From NCBI GenBank assembly GCA_016217965.1, contig JACRFI010000002.1, positions 1-60,294 of the forward strand: DNA of 60,294 bases. Reading direction: 5' to 3'. Both the position numbers and the translations under genes were made by a program. Source of the DNA: Candidatus Kaiserbacteria bacterium (GTDB taxonomy: Bacteria > Patescibacteriota > Minisyncoccia > Phycocordibacterales > UBA2100). The notes beneath the pieces were generated by a model that worked only from the letters and a program-made list of their open reading frames with translations, made no database searches and had not been told where the DNA came from. Shown one piece after another: positions 1 through 8,600 of the stretch (positions within the stretch are counted from its first letter, which is position 1; each line of letters begins with the position of its first letter).

Positions 1-2
1 GC

Positions 3-149
3 TTCAACGAACTCCTGATCGACTGGCTCCTCTGGTACAACACCGAGAGACCCCATGAATCGCTGGGCATGATCTCTCCTTTGCGGTATATTGTTCGTGA
101 CTTAACAGCACACCAGTGCCAAATGTGGTGGACTCGTACACAGGTTTGA
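3..149 (+). CDS. 3' end of an IS-type DDE transposase/integrase (rve-like core), truncated by the window edge
   Basis: Frame 3 reads FNELLIDWLLWYNTERPHESLGMISPLRYIVRDLTAHQCQMWWTRTQV*. The YNxxRPHxxLG motif is the conserved tail of the integrase-like catalytic core of IS3/IS481-type transposases. TGA stop at 147-149. No start lies inside the window, so it is absent from the ORF track. Confidence 0.7.
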   Translation, partial: FNELLIDWLLWYNTERPHESLGMISPLRYIVRDLTAHQCQMWWTRTQV

Positions 150-210
150 CAGACCCCCTCTTCCTACATATAATCCCGCCACGTTTAAGAAGTAAAAACC
201 TCAACAAACT

Positions 211-534
211 ATGAAAAAAGAGGAAAAAAAGAAGACACTTGCGGTTTCTCCGCTCGCTGATCGAGTGCTTGTGCGCCGCGTAGGCAAAGACGAGGAAAAA
301 TCTCCTGCAGGAATAATTATCCCGGACACGGCGACCAAAGAAAAATCTAAAGTTGGGGTAATTGTGGCTGTGGGCCCGGGGCGCTTTGGGGAAGAGGGCG
401 ACCTCATTCCGATGTCCGTTAAGGCCGGAGCGAAAGTCATTTTCAATGCAGGTTGGGACAACGAAGTGGATCTCGGAGATGACGAAGAATATTTCCTCGT
501 TAAGGAGTCAGACATATTAGGAACCATTAAATAA
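211..534 (+). CDS. groES: co-chaperonin GroES
   Basis: 107 aa. PLADRVLVRR...AGIIIPDTAKEK...GVIVAVGPG... is the canonical Cpn10 pattern. Lies immediately upstream of groEL. Confidence 0.95.
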   Translation: MKKEEKKKTLAVSPLADRVLVRRVGKDEEKSPAGIIIPDTATKEKSKVGVIVAVGPGRFGEEGDLIPMSVKAGAKVIFNAGWDNEVDLGDDEEYFLVKESDILGTIK

Positions 535-541
535 ATTCTGT

Positions 542-2200
542 ATGGCAGCTAAAAAAGTAATTTTTGACGCGGAGGTACGAGGCGCCCTCAAGAGAGGAGT
601 GGATATCGTCGCAGGCGCTGTGCGCGTGACGCTTGGCCCACGAGGGAGGAATGTCGCACTTGGTAAATCATGGGGAGGCCCTACTATCACGAACGACGGC
701 GTTTCTATCGCGAAAGAAATCGAACTTGCAGATAAGTTTGAGAACATGGGTGCGGCTATCGTGAAAGAAGTTGCCACGAAAACGAACGACAAAGCGGGCG
801 ATGGCACTACAACTGCAGTCGTTCTCACTCAGGCGATAGTGCATGAAGGCCTGAAGCGCACGGCGCTTGGGGCGAATGCGATGATGGTTCGCCGTGGCAT
901 CGAAAAGGCTGCAAAAGACGCCGTTGAGCAGCTTCGAAAAGATGCACGGGAAGTTAAGGGCAAAAACGAAATACGCCAAGTGGCATCGATTTCTGCAGAA
1001 TCAGAGGAGCTCGGAAAGACGATTGCGGATGTTGTTGAGAAAGTAGGAAAAGATGGCGTTGTTACCGTCGAGGAATCGCAGACAACGGAGACGAGCTACG
1101 AGTATGTAGAGGGACTTGAATTCGACCGCGGCTACGTTTCTGCGTACATGATAACCAATGCCGACAGAATGGAGGCGGAGATGCGCGATGCTCACATAAT
1201 GATCACAGATAGGAAGATCTCAACCGTCAAAGAAATATTGCCGCTTCTCGAAAAATTGGCGCAATCTGGGAAGCGCGACCTCCTCATCATTGCAGATGAC
1301 GTCGAGGGTGAGGCGCTTGCAACGTTCATCGTTAATAAATTGAAAGGGGCGTTCAATGTGCTCGCGGTCAAAGCACCGGGATACGGCGATAGGAAGAAAG
1401 ATTTGCTCCAGGACATTGCCATCACTGTTGGTGCGCAGGTAATTTCAGAGGACCTTGGCATCAAATTGGAGAATGCGGATCTCTCAATGCTCGGCAGGGC
1501 AAATCGTGTCGTTGCAACAAAAGATTCGACAGTCATCGTAGGCGGCAAAGGCAAGAAATCTGAGATCGAAGCTCGCGTCACGAGCCTTAAGAAGCAGGCG
1601 GAAAATACAGATTCTAAATTCGATAAAGAGAAAATCGACGAGCGTATTGCGAAGCTCTCTGGTGGAGTTGCAGTCATCCGTGTTGGTGCCGCAACAGAAA
1701 CCGAGATGAAGTATCTCAAGGACAAGATAGAGGATGCAGTGAACGCGACCAAGGCGGCTATTGCGGAAGGCATCGTATCTGGCGGAGGTTCAGCTCTCGC
1801 AAAGGTTGGAGAGAAACTTTCCCGCAAAGTCGACCCGAAGGCGCATGATGAGCACACGATAGGGTATCGTATCCTTCTCACCGCGCTTTCTGCTCCACTT
1901 CTTCAAATCGCAAAGAATTCGGGACGTGAAGACGGACCAGTCGTTCTTCAGGAAATCATCAAGAAGGGTGGAAACTTCGGCTACAATGCCGCAAGCGAAT
2001 CTGTTGATGCTGAGATAGTAGACATGTTCGAAGCAGGCATCATTGACCCAGTGAAAGTAACGCGTAGCTGCGTTGAAAATGCAGCATCAGCTGCTGCAGT
2101 TCTTCTCACTACAGAAGCGGCGGTTGCGGACGAACCCGAAGACAAGAAAGCGGCACCTGCTGGAGGTATGCCAGGGGGGATGGGAGGGGAAGACTACTAG
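542..2200 (+). CDS. groEL: chaperonin GroEL
   Basis: 552 aa. AGDGTTTA motif, full-length Cpn60 similarity, and a GGM-like C-terminal tail (GGMPGGMGG). Confidence 0.97.
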   Translation: MAAKKVIFDAEVRGALKRGVDIVAGAVRVTLGPRGRNVALGKSWGGPTITNDGVSIAKEIELADKFENMGAAIVKEVATKTNDKAGDGTTTAVVLTQAIVHEGLKRTALGANAMMVRRGIEKAAKDAVEQLRKDAREVKGKNEIRQVASISAESEELGKTIADVVEKVGKDGVVTVEESQTTETSYEYVEGLEFDRGYVSAYMITNADRMEAEMRDAHIMITDRKISTVKEILPLLEKLAQSGKRDLLIIADDVEGEALATFIVNKLKGAFNVLAVKAPGYGDRKKDLLQDIAITVGAQVISEDLGIKLENADLSMLGRANRVVATKDSTVIVGGKGKKSEIEARVTSLKKQAENTDSKFDKEKIDERIAKLSGGVAVIRVGAATETEMKYLKDKIEDAVNATKAAIAEGIVSGGGSALAKVGEKLSRKVDPKAHDEHTIGYRILLTALSAPLLQIAKNSGREDGPVVLQEIIKKGGNFGYNAASESVDAEIVDMFEAGIIDPVKVTRSCVENAASAAAVLLTTEAAVADEPEDKKAAPAGGMPGGMGGEDY

Positions 2201-2227
2201 CATTCCGTAGGCTGACAAGACAGAAAA

Positions 2228-2260
2228 CACCCCTATCGACCTCGTAGGTCGATAGGGGTG
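2228..2260. repeat. REP-like perfect palindrome (copy 1), probably also the bidirectional terminator between groEL and the RAYT gene
   Basis: cacccctatcgacc-tcgta-ggtcgataggggtg forms a 14-15 bp perfect stem followed by tttatt. The core atcgacctcgtaggtcgat recurs at 2773-2793 and, inverted, at 2976-3000. Confidence 0.75.
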
Positions 2261-2261
2261 T

Positions 2262-2957
2262 TTATTCGTGCAGCAGGTCTTTAATTGGTTCAATATTTAC
2301 ATCCTCAAGGTAACGAGCGATATCCTTCTTGTAGTTTCTATGTTCATCTCCGAAAAGATCAGTTGAGATTATCGAAGGGAAATTCGATCTGCCAGAATAG
2401 TCTTGAAAGCTGCTCCATCGATAATTTTCGAGATGTTTCAAAGCAGCAGGCGGATTTTTAACCGTCAAATCGCGCCATTGATCCGCGCCTTTCAAGAAAT
2501 CGAGCGGATTCAAATGAATGTAGTTCATAATGTGCATAAAGTGTGCGTCAGTGGCAATTCGTACTTTTTTCGTTCGTCCTTGAAACAACGTTCCCGCTCG
2601 TTTGTATCGTTCGTTGAAATATTTTGCATAACCGACATTGAGTTTCATCAAAAACTTTGTGATTCCGTTGTCGACTCTGGACGAGAGCAGTAAATGGTAA
2701 TGATTGCCCATAAGACACCAGGCATGTATATCCACGATTTGTTTTCTCTTGTCAGGCTTATATCCATCTTTATATCGACCTCGTAGGTCGATAGATTCCA
2801 CAGATTTGGTTGTACGCGAGTAAAAGTATTCGGTGTTCTCGGCTGGTTTTGAGTCGTTGAAGATAAATAGATCGTGGACAAAACGGTGCCGATCTTGATC
2901 ATCGAGAAATATTGTTCGCTTATCAACACCGCGATTAAGAACATGGTAAAGCTCCAT
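2262..2957 (-). CDS. REP-associated tyrosine transposase (RAYT; IS200/IS605-like Y1 HUH transposase)
   Basis: 231 aa. YHVLNRG...IF N-terminus, HUH motif in CLMGNHYHLLL, and catalytic-Tyr region NYIHLNP. Flanked by inverted copies of one palindrome. Confidence 0.8.
   Translation of the reverse strand: MELYHVLNRGVDKRTIFLDDQDRHRFVHDLFIFNDSKPAENTEYFYSRTTKSVESIDLRGRYKDGYKPDKRKQIVDIHAWCLMGNHYHLLLSSRVDNGITKFLMKLNVGYAKYFNERYKRAGTLFQGRTKKVRIATDAHFMHIMNYIHLNPLDFLKGADQWRDLTVKNPPAALKHLENYRWSSFQDYSGRSNFPSIISTDLFGDEHRNYKKDIARYLEDVNIEPIKDLLHE
2773..2793. repeat. REP-like palindrome (copy 2) lying inside the RAYT coding sequence
   Basis: tatcgacc-tcgta-ggtcgata, same core and loop orientation as copy 1. 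Encodes ...SIDLRGRY... of the RAYT. Confidence 0.65.
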
Positions 2958-2975
2958 ATGTGAGATCGATTATGT

Positions 2976-3000
2976 CATATCGACCTACGAGGTCGATATG
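2976..3000. repeat. REP-like palindrome (copy 3), inverted relative to copies 1 and 2
   Basis: catatcgacc-tacga-ggtcgatatg. The loop tacga is the reverse complement of tcgta. Sits 19 nt upstream of the RAYT start codon. Confidence 0.75.
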
Positions 3001-3060
3001 TTATCCACTGAATACTTTGCAAGAGGAGGGACGAGCGACTTCCTCTTGTAGAATTGGGGC

Positions 3061-3615
3061 ATGCAGCCGGAGCATAAAACCCCAGAGCATTTTTTGGGCG
3101 AATTGTTCGTTCTTGCGAGCGCAAGTTTGCTTCTCGTTTTTATTCTCCAGATCCCACCTACACAGGCTGCGCAAGGCTCGGGAAATATTGCGTGTAAAGG
3201 CACAGCAAAAAATTATAAATGCAATTACAAGGACAAAGGTTGCCAGAAAAAAGATAAGAATAAAGGGCAGCCGTACAAAAAAGATTTGCCATGCCAAGAG
3301 ACATGTGGCAAAAGCGGCGGAGTAGCTAAGGGCAAATGTGTGTTTGAAGGGACGGGGCGTTGTAAAACAACGACAACATGCCAAGGGAAAGTTCCGAAGA
3401 AGGTTGATCCAAGCGGGAATCCAAAAAAAGAGGAAGGGAAGGGGGGAGAGGGAATGCCTAAGTTGCCGGATCCGCCGAAGGGGGACGAGAAGAAACCTGA
3501 GCAACCAAAAAAAGATGACCAGAAAGAAAATGCTGTGTGCCAGTACAGTTGGCTCACAGAATCGCAGAGACAAGCTCTAAAATGCCCGCCGGCAAATACC
3601 ACCACACAAAGCTGA
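3061..3615 (+). CDS. small secreted Lys/Cys-rich protein, paralogous to the head of the giant protein at 5667
   Basis: 184 aa. The N-terminal hydrophobic segment HFLGELFVLASASLLLVFILQIPPTQAAQG aligns by eye with HFFGLLLMLLSISLLLALIVEIPTSRAANA of the 1918-aa ORF. Carries 10 Cys in a very K-rich mature part. Confidence 0.6.
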   Translation: MQPEHKTPEHFLGELFVLASASLLLVFILQIPPTQAAQGSGNIACKGTAKNYKCNYKDKGCQKKDKNKGQPYKKDLPCQETCGKSGGVAKGKCVFEGTGRCKTTTTCQGKVPKKVDPSGNPKKEEGKGGEGMPKLPDPPKGDEKKPEQPKKDDQKENAVCQYSWLTESQRQALKCPPANTTTQS

Positions 3616-3698
3616 GAACGATGGAGGCGTTAAAATCAGGCCGTGCTGCAGCAAAATGCGGGCGCCGACAGTGTCTGGAAGAAGCTGCTGGATTGCAT

Positions 3699-4823
3699 CT
3701 AGCGAGCATCTTGCCGACGCTCCGCTTCCTCAATGCCGATAGCAAGGTTTGGTTCTTTGTCGTGTAATCCGAATTCTTGCCCAAGTTCATGTTCCCGGAA
3801 AAGGGAATAGGACTTGCGCATCGCGTCTGGCTTTTGGAAGAACGCATGTGCGCGCGCTGACTCGTTCAGGTCTGTATGACGCATGACTGGCCCTACAGAT
3901 TTCCAACCGTCCTTCGTGAGTACCACAGCGTGTCCGCCTGAAATACCCTCGGGCAGCAGCTCTCCATTTTCATTTAGTCTTGCTTCGGTTGAGCGAAATG
4001 AGATCATGTATGCGTCTTCAGGTACCGTGTACTGTGCGGTTGGAACGGGCATCGCAAAGGACGCATAGAAACCCGGCTCCCCATCCTTCCGCACCCAGTA
4101 CACACCCACAGGCTCACCCAGGACGCTTGCATCTGTGACGCTCGAGTCAAACACGGGAAGCTGTTCCGGGCTGGGTATTTCCCCGTCTTTCGGCCGCCGA
4201 ATCGAATTATCGAATCTTTCGCCCTCTGGTGTGAAGAATGGCTTCGCGAATCTTTCTGTTGCTATTTTCACATGATGTCCAGGAGCAACAAAAAGCGGCT
4301 CAAATTCTCCCGCTTCGTTCTCGACATTGGCATAGTATCCATTACTGAATCCATCGGCGCCTTCTTGTGTCTCAAAGGTGAGCGCCTCCGCAGCTATCTG
4401 GAGCGGTGTGATATCCGATTTTCCAGCTAACTCCGGAGGCAGCGTCGACGCCAGCCCTCTGTTATTTAAGGCATCAGTTAAATTTTCTGACGCAGTTTCG
4501 ACTATCTCCAAAACGTGCTTCCGTACGTCATTGTCGGTGTTTTCGTCGGTCAGGCACTTGTAGTATTTCCCTCCTTTCTGAAGGGCGTGCTTTATGAAAG
4601 TCATCTGCTTTTCCAGTGGGATACTGTTGTGCAAAATCCCGGCTTCGAATTCTGGGAACGAGAGGAGCTTCTTTTGCACCTCTGCCGGCACGTGCTTGAA
4701 CGCTCGCGCCGGCGGGGCTTGCAGCTCTGGCGTTTTTTCTTTTGCAGCTGCGCCTCCAGCAGCGATTCCCAGCGCTGCTGCTCCTCGTGTCGCGATTTTT
4801 CTCAAATTCTTGAAGTGGTCCAT
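3699..4823 (-). CDS. hypothetical exported protein
   Basis: 374 aa ORF. The N-terminus RKIATRGAAALGIAAGGAAA is signal-like. No family recognised. Co-directional with 4839-5456. Confidence 0.55.
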   Translation of the reverse strand: MDHFKNLRKIATRGAAALGIAAGGAAAKEKTPELQAPPARAFKHVPAEVQKKLLSFPEFEAGILHNSIPLEKQMTFIKHALQKGGKYYKCLTDENTDNDVRKHVLEIVETASENLTDALNNRGLASTLPPELAGKSDITPLQIAAEALTFETQEGADGFSNGYYANVENEAGEFEPLFVAPGHHVKIATERFAKPFFTPEGERFDNSIRRPKDGEIPSPEQLPVFDSSVTDASVLGEPVGVYWVRKDGEPGFYASFAMPVPTAQYTVPEDAYMISFRSTEARLNENGELLPEGISGGHAVVLTKDGWKSVGPVMRHTDLNESARAHAFFQKPDAMRKSYSLFREHELGQEFGLHDKEPNLAIGIEEAERRQDAR

Positions 4824-4838
4824 GGAGAAGCGGTTTTT

Positions 4839-5456
4839 CTAGCTTACCGCAGATGATCCGTCGTGAGGTTGAGGAGTTGTGGGGTTCTTTTCTTCTTCAA
4901 TTCTATTTTCCAATATCCACCGCGTGAGCGCATTAAGAATGTCGCTCTCGGGATATTTCATATTGTAACGGTCCATGCCAAACAGATCCCTCACTCGCGC
5001 CGTAAGTTTCTTAAGGTTTTTCTCAAGTTCAATTTCATCTTGCGCAGAATCTGTGCCCTTGACAGAAGACTGATATCCGGAGCGAAGGTCTTCGGAAAGA
5101 GTCTTCAATATACCCATCAATTCCGGTAGCTTTTTGTCCCATTGTTCATTTGAGAAGGTTTCTTTGAAAGAGCCGAGCGCATATGCCGCGGGTTTCTCTT
5201 GTTTCGAATTCTCCTTTAGCATCTTTTTCACCTCATCGTGTGCGTCGTCTACCGCTTTCCGCCATCTACCGAGCGCGTTCTCGAACTGTTTTACTGTCGG
5301 ACTTTTTTCCGGTTGATGGGCGGGGTCTTCATACGATTGGCGAGGTTTTGGGTGTACTTGTTCTACGGAGGGTGCAGCAATTCCCGCTTGCGCTGCGAAA
5401 ATCTGCGCCCCTGCCACTACACCTCTCGCAAGTACATCAAACCCCTTTCGCTTCAT
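4839..5456 (-). CDS. hypothetical exported protein
   Basis: The ORF track gives 4839-5498. The start was moved to MKRKGFDVLARGVVAGAQIFAAQAGIAAP (signal-peptide-like), because the upstream 14 codons overlap a repeat terminus. Confidence 0.5.
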   Translation of the reverse strand: MKRKGFDVLARGVVAGAQIFAAQAGIAAPSVEQVHPKPRQSYEDPAHQPEKSPTVKQFENALGRWRKAVDDAHDEVKKMLKENSKQEKPAAYALGSFKETFSNEQWDKKLPELMGILKTLSEDLRSGYQSSVKGTDSAQDEIELEKNLKKLTARVRDLFGMDRYNMKYPESDILNALTRWILENRIEEEKNPTTPQPHDGSSAVS

Positions 5457-5468
5457 GACAAAAGTGTA

Positions 5469-5594
5469 CCCGGTAGTGAAATTTCGGCTAGTGTACATCT
5501 GTGACTATGTTTCTGTCGCGATTTTCATGTAGATGCAATTGGTAATTCGTCAACCGAAGCGCCTGCGGCGCAAGCCGAAATTCTACTAACCGGG
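5469..5594. repeat. TIR-bounded intergenic element, copy E1
   Basis: The termini cccggtagtgaaatttcggc ... gccgaaattctactaaccggg are inverted repeats. A second copy lies at 15707-15839 with the two termini swapped. Confidence 0.65.
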
Positions 5595-5666
5595 TGTAGC
5601 ATGCGAGCGCGGCGTGGACAGTGGATCTTAAGCTTGGTTTTGCTTGTACAATAGGGAGACATAGCC

Positions 5667-8600
5667 ATGTTTGTTAAGTCTCATAGGGAGGGACATTTTT
5701 TTGGGCTGCTTTTGATGCTTCTAAGCATCAGCCTTTTGCTTGCACTGATTGTCGAGATACCTACTTCAAGAGCTGCGAATGCTCCAATGGGAGATCCAAG
5801 TCCTCAGTGCATGGGAGATTACTGCACATTCAAACCTTTTAAAGGGAGTCCGTATCTTACAGGTAGTTGTGCGGAACCTAAGCAAGGGGAAAAACCGACG
5901 AAAGATGGTCTCATTGGGAAACCATGTCAGGTCACAAAAAATGTTACGACATGCACCGGAAAGTGTCTTGGCGAGCAACCACTTTGCGGTAATGCTACTT
6001 CTTGCAATGGCGAAAAAACGAAAGATGCAAAAGAAACCGAAAAGAAAGCGATAGAGGACTATGAGGACAACCAACAGAAAGCATCGGAAAAACCCAAACA
6101 AGCACCTGAAAGTCCCAACGACTCTGGAGGAGATGCACCGAAAGAAGACTCACAGCAACCGGGCAACAAAGGTCCGCAAACAGGCATGGAGCCTGATTTT
6201 TCCAAATATGGAGAATGGTCGCAGCCGCCACAGCAAAGCCCGCCTTCGAACTCGCCGCCGAGTAGCTCTCCTGATTTTAAATTTAGCGATTTTGGGGAAA
6301 GAGGCAGCATTCAGCCGTCGCAAACGGATGAGAGGTTCAGTGATTTCGGCGAGGGTGGCAACCCTCCACAGTCGGGAAAAACGGGTCCGCAGCCGAGTAC
6401 GTTTGGAAATCCTCCGCCTCAGGGTAGTGGGGGCGACGATTCGCAGGGGGACGGTATTGGCGATAAGCTCGGCGAGATCGCATCCAAAGCAAAGGATGCG
6501 TTAAAAGATTCTGCGACGGATTTTGGTGAACTTCTCGATGACCTAAAAAAGTGGTTGGAAGATTTGAGAGAGCAGTTGAAAGGTGAAGTGGAGAAACCAT
6601 CACCGACTCCGTCGATTGGAGATGAGATTGCAAAGGGAGAAACAAAACCAGAGTTAGATCCCTCTGGGGCGAAACGAGAAAGACTGGATAAAGGCACGAT
6701 CAATTCTGGGAAAGGTGCCAATGTCTGCGCCTTGGGAGTTTGCGGGAAACAATTTACAAGAGATCAGTTGAATAATTTAAAAGGAAAAATTATTCCGGGC
6801 GTGAGGACATCAAAGTTTAATGAAGTTGAGGGAACTGCATATGGAGGAAAAAATAATCCGAATGCGTTTACGACGGCAAGTAAAGAGTTTCCGGCGGGGG
6901 CACGTATCTTGGAATATAACCTAAAGACAGGCGATACAGTGGCAGTGAGTGTCAACGATACAGGTCCATTTGTTGCGGGACGCTATCTTGATACAACTCC
7001 AGCGGGGTTGAACGCCGCAAAGTTGGGAGATTTAAGCAATCCCGATGTTGCATACATGGGGCAAACTGGACCGACGGGATATATGGGTAAATATAGCAGC
7101 TTCGATGACGCAATTGCTGCGTATGAGGCGAGACAAGGTGTTGGTAGTGGTCCGTATTCATCTCCTGTCGCAAGCACTTTGCCGCCATTCAGCCCGCCTC
7201 CGGTAAATTATCCCGGTCCATCGTTCACGAATGAGACTGCGCCCGATTCTTGGTATGACAATTCGGGATGGGATTATTCCGGTTTTGAGAATGTGACGGA
7301 TTGGAATGACTTGTCGAGCACCTATGTGCAGGAAGAAGGTTTGTATTCAGGGCAGCAGGGTGGGCAAGAGCTCGGGAGTGACCCCGATCCAGGATTTGAA
7401 AATGAGACAGGTGGCAATGATCCAGACCCGGGATTCGAGAATGAGGTGGATGGTAATGATCCTGATCCAGGATTTGAAAACGACCTGCCGCCCACTGTAC
7501 CTGGTGCCCGTCAGCTTGGCGATGAGTTGCCAGTCGAAGGCTTTAGACCAGACCCAGGTTTCGAGAACTATTTGGGCAATGACCCTGATCCCGGATTCGA
7601 AAACGAGCAGGTGGGTAATGATCCAGACCCTGGGTTTGAAAATGAGATAGATGGCAATGACCCTGACCCTGGTTTCGAGAACGATGCCGATTTTGACTCA
7701 GAGCAGGAACGGCTTAGTGAACTTGAACGAGCAGGAAAAGAGTTGCAACGACAGGAGGACGAAACCTTTGCAAGTACTATGGCTAGAAATCTCCAAGACT
7801 GGACGGAGCAAGCATTTGCGAGCGACATGGCGCGAAATATCCAAGAGTGGACAGAGACACGGCTTGCGGAAATACAGCAAGCAGCGATTGACAGACTGAG
7901 TGGGGACACGTGGGAGAAATATCTTGATTGGGATTATGGAGAGCCGACTCCGGAAGGCGATGATGTGGCTGAGCAACCGGGTGACCAGTTTAAGCAAAAG
8001 GATACGTTTGATCCCGAAGAAGAGCGCTTGGCAGAGCAAAAGAGCCTGGGAGATGAATTGCAGCGGCAAGCCGAAGAGAAAGCAGCAGAAAAAGAGAAGA
8101 GAGCAGAGGAGATAGCAAAAAATCTCGACAATGAAGATGTCGAGAGAGGGAAGGAAATGTCTCAACCGGAGGATGAGGTCGCGAAACAAGCACGACAAGA
8201 ACAGCAGAAGAAGGAAGAAGAGGAAAAGCGAGCCGCAAAACAGAAAGAAGTCGATGAGGCGATGAAAAAGAGCGCGGAAGCCGATAAGGTGAAAGAGGAG
8301 GCACAAAAACGCGCGGAGGCGGCTGATAAAAGGATAGAGGAAAGAAGCAAGGCACTAAGCGATGCCACGGAAAAGAAGAAGAAAGCAGAAGAGGCGGCGA
8401 AGAAAAGTGGTGGCGCACTTAAGCAAGCAAAAGATAATTTGAACGAGAATGTAAATGGCATCAAAAATCTAAAAGGTGCTGCTGAACGGGGGCTGCGTAC
8501 GGCGGAGGAGGTGGGCAAACAGACAGGAGACGAGGATCAGGTAAGAAGCAAAGCGCGTGCCGCGATAGGGCGAATTGACACGGACCCTCTTCGGGACGCG

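Noticed and set aside
150-210. CIRCE/HrcA operator expected upstream of groES
   Set aside because: No TTAGCACTC-N9-GAGTGCTAA-like inverted repeat is present in the 60 nt upstream of groES.
7377-7682. Regularly spaced ~39-nt DNA repeats that could be mistaken for a CRISPR array
   Set aside because: They lie in frame inside a long ORF and encode the DPDPGFEN peptide repeat. The spacers are only 9-18 nt, the units diverge at synonymous sites, and no cas genes are present.
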